Part shown: piece by piece, positions 31,689 through 37,744 of the stretch
Layout of the letters: each line of letters opens with the position of its first letter
Position numbering within the stretch: the stretch's first letter is position 1
DNA from: a virus
Direction: 5' to 3' (one strand)
IMG/VR virus record: IMGVR_UViG_3300010033_000003
Location: 1 to 37,744 of that record
DNA length: 37,744 nucleotides
Program-made: the position numbers and the translations under genes
The notes under the pieces: generated by a model
Databases searched by the model: none
What the model saw: only the letters and a program-made list of their open reading frames with translations
Told to the model about the DNA's origin: nothing

Positions 31689-32224
31689 TGGCAAATTGGA
31701 GAAGCGATATAAAAACATTTTTTGAGAACATGATCGGTTCTGTTACTCAAGTTCAAAAATTTGGTGAATGGAACAATAAAGTAAGAAATGTAAGTGATGA
31801 GGAAACTTACAGCGGTGATTTAGCTGTTTTTTTTCAATATACTTCAATTGGATCTATGATTGAATACACGAACACCGAAAGAGTAAAACAAGCAGGTAGA
31901 ACGCCTGTAGTGGTTACATTGTATTTGGTCTTTAACTCTTTTAATGAAGATGCTCAAGATTTGGCATATTCTTACGCACATTTAATAAACTGTGAGGTTT
32001 TAGGATCGAAACACAATTTAATCCATGGACGTATTTTAAAAGAAAGTGAATTGGAAGATGCTAATCACAAAGCGCAATACGTTTATGAACTTTCGTACAG
32101 ATTTGAGGTGATTGAGAAGGTAGATTTGACTTTAACAGATGCAAATCCAGAAACTCAAGTTAATCCAGATCCAAACACAGGAAGAAGATTAAGAAGACAA
32201 GTAACGGTAACTTTTCCCGATTAA
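31688..32224 (+). CDS. Hypothetical head-tail joining protein
   Basis: Clean ORF in the head module with an ATGA-type overlap. Confidence 0.5.
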   Translation: MANWRSDIKTFFENMIGSVTQVQKFGEWNNKVRNVSDEETYSGDLAVFFQYTSIGSMIEYTNTERVKQAGRTPVVVTLYLVFNSFNEDAQDLAYSYAHLINCEVLGSKHNLIHGRILKESELEDANHKAQYVYELSYRFEVIEKVDLTLTDANPETQVNPDPNTGRRLRRQVTVTFPD

Positions 32225-32260
32225 ATTAGTTTTTTTATCAAAATTTTAATATATTAAAGT

Positions 32261-33502
32261 ATGACGAAAAAAATACAGATATTTAATAATGTATCAGACG
32301 GTGTGCCAGAATTGTCTTTAATAGGCGATATTGGTATGTATGATGCCGAAACAATCGCTAAAGAAATAGGCGGTTTGCGCAATTTGTCGCTATGGGGTGA
32401 ACACAAATTGTTAAGATTAAGAATTAATTCTTACGGTGGTTCAATCATGGCAGCTTATACAATTATTGAAGCAATGAACACCTATTATCAAAACGGTGGA
32501 CAAATTGAAACAATAAATTCAGGTCGTGCCGATTCTGCTGCGGGATGGATTTTTGCATTTGGTACGCGTGAGCTACGTAAGATTATGCCTTTTGCGGGCA
32601 TGGCTTTTCACCCTCCAATTTTGAAAAACGGTTTAAAAATGAATGATCTACCCGAGGATGATCCACGCCGTATTCAAATGAAAGAAGCTTATAAAAATCT
32701 AAGAGATATTTTCAAAGCTGCAACAGGCATTAAGGAGGACGACATTAAAAAAATAATGGATAACGAAATGTCTTTAACAGCAGATCAAGCAGTAAGTTTA
32801 GGATTTGCAGATGAAAAAGTGAGAATTTCAAATATGCCAAGTCTTAAAAATAATATGACACCTGAGGAATTTGTGAACTGTACTCAGGGTTTGGATTTTG
32901 ATATAGTGAACGAGAAGCCTGAAAATGGCATTAGTATTAATAATAAAAAATCTATTAAGATGAGTAAGATTCTATCAGACTTATTGAATTTGCAGCCAGA
33001 GGCTTCCGAAGGAGCAAAAGAACAGGCTGTTAAAAACCTTATTTCAGAACACGATTCATACAAAGAAAAGTATGAATTGGAAAATAAGAGAGCCAATGAA
33101 CTTAAGGCAGAGCTTGACGAATTAAAATCTAAATTTGAAGCTCAGCAAAATAAGGACATGATCAATTACATCGACAAAGTAATTGAACTTGATCCGACCA
33201 AGAAAGATAAGAAGGACATTTTGTTGAATATGGCAAAGGTTGACTTTGAATCTTTCAAGTTAATGAACCCGTTGAAAGACGAGAAAGGCGAAACAGTTGA
33301 TATCACAAACGGTATGCAGCCTGAAAGTGGTTCGGGTGCAGGTGCTGAAGGTAAAGACAATGCCAAAGAAGAAGGTATCAAGAATGCAAAAGAATTCTAC
33401 AATTTAACTCTTTCAGATAAGGAAAAATTGCAAAAAGAAGATCCTACAAAGTACGATCTTTTGAGGAATTCATACGATAATCATAGTTTAGAAATTTTTT
33501 AA
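32261..33502 (+). CDS. ClpP-like prohead protease fused to a coiled-coil scaffold domain
   Basis: INSYGGSIMAAYTIIEAM, GRADSAAGWIF (Ser) and MAFHPP (His) match the ClpP/S14 motifs. The C-terminal half is K/E-rich coiled coil. Confidence 0.75.
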   Translation: MTKKIQIFNNVSDGVPELSLIGDIGMYDAETIAKEIGGLRNLSLWGEHKLLRLRINSYGGSIMAAYTIIEAMNTYYQNGGQIETINSGRADSAAGWIFAFGTRELRKIMPFAGMAFHPPILKNGLKMNDLPEDDPRRIQMKEAYKNLRDIFKAATGIKEDDIKKIMDNEMSLTADQAVSLGFADEKVRISNMPSLKNNMTPEEFVNCTQGLDFDIVNEKPENGISINNKKSIKMSKILSDLLNLQPEASEGAKEQAVKNLISEHDSYKEKYELENKRANELKAELDELKSKFEAQQNKDMINYIDKVIELDPTKKDKKDILLNMAKVDFESFKLMNPLKDEKGETVDITNGMQPESGSGAGAEGKDNAKEEGIKNAKEFYNLTLSDKEKLQKEDPTKYDLLRNSYDNHSLEIF

Positions 33503-33512
33503 ATAATAGATC

Positions 33513-34697
33513 ATGTATAGAGAAGCGTTTGAAATAATGAATAAGATTAAAGACCCGAAAATGAAAAAGGTCTTTCAATCTCACGGTTTAAAAGAAGATT
33601 CACTGGTTTATGAGGTAATGAAGAATTTGTCTAAAAATGAAGAAATGATGAATTCTACTGAACCACGTATGACCCTTTATTCTGCGGAAATTAATCAGTA
33701 TTTATATCCACAATCTGATTTTATTATGAAATCTGAAAATGATGCAAATTTTGCAGCTAGTGGAGAGGTTCGTAAATTGCAGGATAGCGTTATAGGTCCA
33801 AACGTAACAAAAGGACGTTTTGCACCTTTAACATTATCAAACAACGATAATGCACCTCAAAAAACGGTTAAGATTCGTAAGAATTTAAGTCAAGATTGGG
33901 CTATTGAATATTTCCACACTGATCCTACCGTATTGAGTATGGAAACTAGTATGGAAGTTCCTTACGAAGCACGTCAAGAGCAATTAAAAGCTCACGCGGA
34001 TATTTTACGTTTATCAATTGGTAATTTTGCCGCTGTAGAGTGGGCGCAAGGTGTTGTAGGTACTGCTACAAGTGCGATCAATATCGCAGCAGGAAACGAC
34101 TTTTTCGTGTTTACTTCTGGTTCAGCACAAAGACAAAATTCAGTTCCAAATAACACAGGAAATGTTAGAAAGATTACTAAGCAAGATTTGCAAAATGTGC
34201 AAAAAGCTTTCCAACGTCAACAGATTTCTAGAGCTGCTAAAATGTATTGTTTACCAACAGTAGAGCAGTATAGCGATATGCTTGATATTCCTGATTTCGT
34301 TGATTACGAAAAAACTGGACGTCAATCTAAGTTGATCATGGGTGAAGTAGGAATGTTGTACGGAATTACAATTTTAGATCCTCGTCACCGCGAAGATTGG
34401 AATGCAAATGTATTGTACACGTACACTGCGGCTCAAGGTTCTGGTACTGCGGCTACAACCACTTTAACTAAGGTTGAAGATACTGCAAGTCCTGCGGCAA
34501 ATATGACTTCTGCGGCGTTATTCTGGTGCGAAACTATGGTTAAAAGAGCTCAAGGTTCTGCAATTGTTTTCCCTTGGAATAATTCACCGATTTATATGGG
34601 TGATGTATATGCTGTCGAGCAGCGTTTCGGAGCGGTTAAAAAGCGTTTAGATCGCAAAGGTGTTGTTATGTTATTAGATAATCCATTTACATCATAA
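33513..34697 (+). CDS. Major capsid protein
   Basis: 394 aa, directly after the protease-scaffold gene. Confidence 0.6.
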   Translation: MYREAFEIMNKIKDPKMKKVFQSHGLKEDSLVYEVMKNLSKNEEMMNSTEPRMTLYSAEINQYLYPQSDFIMKSENDANFAASGEVRKLQDSVIGPNVTKGRFAPLTLSNNDNAPQKTVKIRKNLSQDWAIEYFHTDPTVLSMETSMEVPYEARQEQLKAHADILRLSIGNFAAVEWAQGVVGTATSAINIAAGNDFFVFTSGSAQRQNSVPNNTGNVRKITKQDLQNVQKAFQRQQISRAAKMYCLPTVEQYSDMLDIPDFVDYEKTGRQSKLIMGEVGMLYGITILDPRHREDWNANVLYTYTAAQGSGTAATTTLTKVEDTASPAANMTSAALFWCETMVKRAQGSAIVFPWNNSPIYMGDVYAVEQRFGAVKKRLDRKGVVMLLDNPFTS

Positions 34698-34699
34698 TC

Positions 34700-35035
34700 A
34701 TGGGAAAAGATTTTAAAATATCAGAAGACTATAACGGGGAAAAAATAACCCTTGCACTAAACATTAGACAGTTAAAATCTGCAATCGGTGCTTGTGAAGC
34801 GAATTCTTCAAAAGAAGTTTTGATTTTGAAGAAAAACGGCGAACCTTTATTTTTCTTTGAGGAGAAAAATGCAATTAACTGCATGTATCGCCACAATTTC
34901 CAAGGTTGCTTTAAAGTAGAATTGGAAACAATGGTTAACTTTTACGAGAAGAATAAGCCTAAGCAAACTCAGCCTAAAAAAACTGAGCCTAAGCAAACTG
35001 AAATCAAAACAGAAGGCGAAGCTTCTCAAAAATAG
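34700..35035 (+). CDS. Hypothetical head protein with a PKQT-rich tail
   Basis: C-terminal KPKQTQPKKTEPKQTEIKTEGE. Confidence 0.5.
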   Translation: MGKDFKISEDYNGEKITLALNIRQLKSAIGACEANSSKEVLILKKNGEPLFFFEEKNAINCMYRHNFQGCFKVELETMVNFYEKNKPKQTQPKKTEPKQTEIKTEGEASQK

Positions 35036-35045
35036 GAGGTAATCC

Positions 35046-36269
35046 ATGGGACAAATTAATGTTAACATAGTAACTGGCGGTCTGGGTAGACAGACCGCCA
35101 ATCAAGATACATGGGCGGGTTTGTTCGTCGAGGTAAGTGCTTTACCTACTAATTGGACAGCAAATCAAGTTCGTCGTATTTTTAGACCTGAGGACGTTGC
35201 TAGTTTTGGTATTACTGCTGACGCATCGAACGACTCTTATAAATTAGCTTATTGGCATATCTCTGAATTTTTTAGATTAGCTCCAAACGGCACTTTGTAC
35301 GTTCAGTTAGCAACTAATACAGGAAACAACGACGAGCCTGCAACTATTGTAGCAGCGTTTAAAAATGCTGAATCTAGATTACGTCTTATTGGTTGTGTAT
35401 TTTTTAATACTACAATTTCGACGGCTAATGTTACAGCAATGCAAACCGCATTGAATACAGAAGCTACAAATAATCAATTTCGCGCTAGAGCTGTTGTTTC
35501 GTATAAGAAAGATTCAGGGGATACGATCCCTAATTTTTCAGCCGCAAATAATCCGCGCGTGATGGTCGATATTGCAAACGATATTACAGCAAATGGACTA
35601 GCGGCTCAAGTTTTTGCAGCCTCTACAATTGGAATGTGTGGAGCAGCGGGGACGATTCTAGGACAATTAGTACGTTTGAGAGTTCACCAGAAAATATCAT
35701 GGAGAAGCTTTCAAGTAAATTCGGGTACAAGGTGGCAAACTTTGGGCGATATTAACGGCGATAGTGTAGAATCTAAAACACAAACAGAAATTAACGCTTA
35801 TGATACTCAAGGTGTTGTTTTGGTTGTGAGAACTCCACGTTTGCCAAACGCATATTTTTCAAGTGCTAGAATGGCAATCGCTACAAGTTCAGACTATGCA
35901 AATATGAATAACGCTAGAGTTATCGATAAAGCGATAGGTCTTGTTTATGATTCATTAGTGCAGTCTTTGAGTGGTCCTGTTTACGTGAATCCTGCAAACG
36001 GTAGAATTTCAGCAGAAACTATTACAAGACTACAGCGAGACGCTTATAACGCAATAAACAATAATATGATTTTGGGTTTAAGCGGAAACGACGTGGAATT
36101 ATCTGTTGATGTTGCTACGGGTGCACTTTCACAAGAGGCGATTTTTATTGATCCAAATCAAGATGTATTAGCAAATAGTACAGTGACAGTTCAAATTCGT
36201 TTAGTTCCTGTTGGATCTGCGGATACAATTGTTATAAATATTGGTTTAGTAGCACAATTTAATAATTAA
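35046..36269 (+). CDS. Tail sheath protein
   Basis: 407 aa, immediately upstream of the tube, chaperone and tape measure genes. N-terminus MGQINVNIVTGGLGRQ. Strong TAGGAGGT 6 nt upstream. Confidence 0.6.
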   Translation: MGQINVNIVTGGLGRQTANQDTWAGLFVEVSALPTNWTANQVRRIFRPEDVASFGITADASNDSYKLAYWHISEFFRLAPNGTLYVQLATNTGNNDEPATIVAAFKNAESRLRLIGCVFFNTTISTANVTAMQTALNTEATNNQFRARAVVSYKKDSGDTIPNFSAANNPRVMVDIANDITANGLAAQVFAASTIGMCGAAGTILGQLVRLRVHQKISWRSFQVNSGTRWQTLGDINGDSVESKTQTEINAYDTQGVVLVVRTPRLPNAYFSSARMAIATSSDYANMNNARVIDKAIGLVYDSLVQSLSGPVYVNPANGRISAETITRLQRDAYNAINNNMILGLSGNDVELSVDVATGALSQEAIFIDPNQDVLANSTVTVQIRLVPVGSADTIVINIGLVAQFNN

Positions 36270-36274
36270 AAATC

Positions 36275-36706
36275 ATGGCAAATAACAATACACCTTTTAA
36301 AATTCGTGGATTCTCCTATTCAGATGCAAAGATAGAATTCAACGGGGTCGATTTGCCAGGAGTTACGGCTTTCGATCTACCAGAAGTAAACACGAAAAAC
36401 AATAATTACGGTTTGGGTGTAAATCCAGTTTCTCGCTCAAGCGGAATAAAGGAATATAATGGTTCAATGGATATGGATTTTGACACACAAAAATTATTGC
36501 GTGGATTTTCTCCTACGGGTAAAATGACCGATATACCTCCAGGGGTTTTAGTTTTATCCTTGGAAGCTGTTGACGGATCTAAAGAAATTGTAACGTATCC
36601 TTTTTTCCAATTTAACGCAACAGGGATTTCGGGATCTCAAGGAGATGAAAATTTAGTTCAATCGATCGACGTAATTTACGGCGGTTATGTTCAATCATCA
36701 TTTTAA
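36275..36706 (+). CDS. Tail tube protein
   Basis: 143 aa, between the sheath and the chaperone. Confidence 0.55.
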   Translation: MANNNTPFKIRGFSYSDAKIEFNGVDLPGVTAFDLPEVNTKNNNYGLGVNPVSRSSGIKEYNGSMDMDFDTQKLLRGFSPTGKMTDIPPGVLVLSLEAVDGSKEIVTYPFFQFNATGISGSQGDENLVQSIDVIYGGYVQSSF

Positions 36707-36719
36707 TAATTAACACAGT

Positions 36720-37106
36720 ATGGAAAATACAATTTTAAATCCAGTAGAATTAGCCGAAAAAGGCGATTTGGAAGCTTTGGAAGAAGGTGGAAAGTATGAA
36801 GTAATCGAGCTTAAACTTAAATATAAAAAAGAAGTTATAAGACTTGTTTGTCGTGCAGATTTCGATTTGCTTAAAAAGGCAATGAATTCCATGATGAATA
36901 TGGATATTTCAGGAGATAAAAATGTTTCTGCTTCTTTAGATATATTTGGTGCAGGAGACAAGATTTTATTCTTTGGTGGATTATTAAACAAAGAAGAGGT
37001 TTTATCAAAAGCATCTTTGAGAATGAAAGCTTGTTCAAAACTTGGTGAATGGGTACAGGATCTTATGGATTTTGAAGATGAAGAAATAGAGGAAAAAAAA
37101 AGTTAA
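36720..37106 (+). CDS. Tail assembly chaperone (G-like, zero frame)
   Basis: 128 aa, acidic, directly upstream of the tape measure. It ends in an A9 run. Confidence 0.55.
   Translation: MENTILNPVELAEKGDLEALEEGGKYEVIELKLKYKKEVIRLVCRADFDLLKKAMNSMMNMDISGDKNVSASLDIFGAGDKILFFGGLLNKEEVLSKASLRMKACSKLGEWVQDLMDFEDEEIEEKKS
37094..37100 (+). promoter_or_regulatory. Slippery heptamer A_AAA_AAA for a -1 programmed frameshift
   Basis: Zero-frame codons GAA AAA AAA AGT TAA. The -1 frame is open from 37100. Confidence 0.5.
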
Positions 37107-37312
37107 GCAATACTGAAAAGATTGATTGTATTCTTAATCTACTAGGGAAGAAACCAACCAATTTCCGAGAATGGCGTGAAATGCAAAACGACGTTGTCGG
37201 AGGGTTGGTTTTTTTTACGGAAATGATTCAGGAAGCAACGAGAGCAGGTGTAGCACTCGCAATTAATGATTGTTTTGGAGGAAAAAAATAATGGCACAAA
37301 CTACGTATATAA
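37100..37312 (+). CDS. -1 frame extension giving a G-T-type chaperone fusion (70 codons)
   Basis: Hand translation: KLSNTEKIDCILNLLGKKPTNFREWREMQNDVVGGLVFFTEMIQEATRAGVALAINDCFGGKNKWHKLRI, with no stops until the TAA at 37310-37312. Confidence 0.5.
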
Positions 37313-37744
37313 TTAGGCTTAGGGATCGAGTAACGAAACAAGCCCAAAGAATGCAAAAGTCAATTAATAGAACTGAAAGAAGCGCTAAAAGGTTGGGCAA
37401 TACTTTGGATTTTGTTGGGAGAATTTCCGCGGCTGTTGCTGTTGGAGGAATTTTTAAATTTGGTGCTGAACTAGAGCAAGCAAAATTAAAATTTAATACT
37501 TTGACTGGATCTGTTGAAAAAGGTACAAAATTATTTAATGATCTACGAGACTTTGCAAACACTACACCTTTTCAAGATAATAGATTACAGAAAAATGCAT
37601 CTACTCTACTAGCTTTCGGAAATAATTCTAAAACTGTTATTAAAACTCTACGTATGTTAGGTGATGTTGCCGCAGGTGATCAACACAGATTGGATGCTTT
37701 AACTTTAGCTTTTGCACAATCACAAGCTGCGGGAAGATTATTAG
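37291..37744 (+). CDS. Tail tape measure protein, N-terminal part. The full ORF is 37291..37621 joined to 1..1163, 497 aa.
   Basis: ATG at 37291 with GGAGGA 8 nt upstream, open to the window end. It carries the ...LRMLGDVAAGDQHRLDALTLAFAQSQAAGRL tape-measure core motif and follows the sheath, tube and chaperone genes. Confidence 0.8.
   Translation, partial: MAQTTYIIRLRDRVTKQAQRMQKSINRTERSAKRLGNTLDFVGRISAAVAVGGIFKFGAELEQAKLKFNTLTGSVEKGTKLFNDLRDFANTTPFQDNRLQKNASTLLAFGNNSKTVIKTLRMLGDVAAGDQHRLDALTLAFAQSQAAGRLL
37622..37744. repeat. Second copy of the terminal direct repeat (equals 1-123)
   Basis: Exact 123-nt identity with the window start. Confidence 0.9.

Overview
The window is a complete, circularly closed dsDNA phage genome of about 37,621 bp. 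Bases 1-123 repeat exactly at 37622-37744, and the junction falls inside the tail tape measure ORF, which stays in frame across it. The phage is contractile-tailed, with sheath, tube, chaperone, tape measure and P2/Mu-like baseplate genes V, W, J and I. The head module is Mu/SPP1-like: portal, MuF-type morphogenesis protein, ClpP-like protease-scaffold and capsid. The host is probably Bacteroidota (Flavobacteriia-like). This is inferred from low GC, several promoters matching the -33 TTTG / -7 TAnnTTTG consensus, signal peptides cut before Gln, and few Shine-Dalgarno sites. Layout: tail/baseplate/fibre (1-5606); lysis cassette with an M15 endolysin (5808-7545); a small leftward operon (7550-8046) facing a rightward replication/recombination module (8178-12432) that has an iteron origin inside the initiator gene; a lipoprotein; terL (12663-14123); a 1.7-kb RNA-rich accessory island (14124-15851) with tRNA-Asp, covarying hairpins, small ORFs and an orphan HicB-like protein; terS (15852-16448); a leftward early block made of promoter-terminator mini-operons (16604-21099); and the late head/tail module (21234-37744). 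No integrase, transposase, reverse transcriptase or CRISPR array was seen. The candidates I rate highest for new biology are the terL-terS island and its hairpin family, the acidic-protein plus HTH operon at 7550-8100, and the two fibre-like proteins with export signals. All family assignments rest on motifs read by eye and need HMM or structure confirmation.
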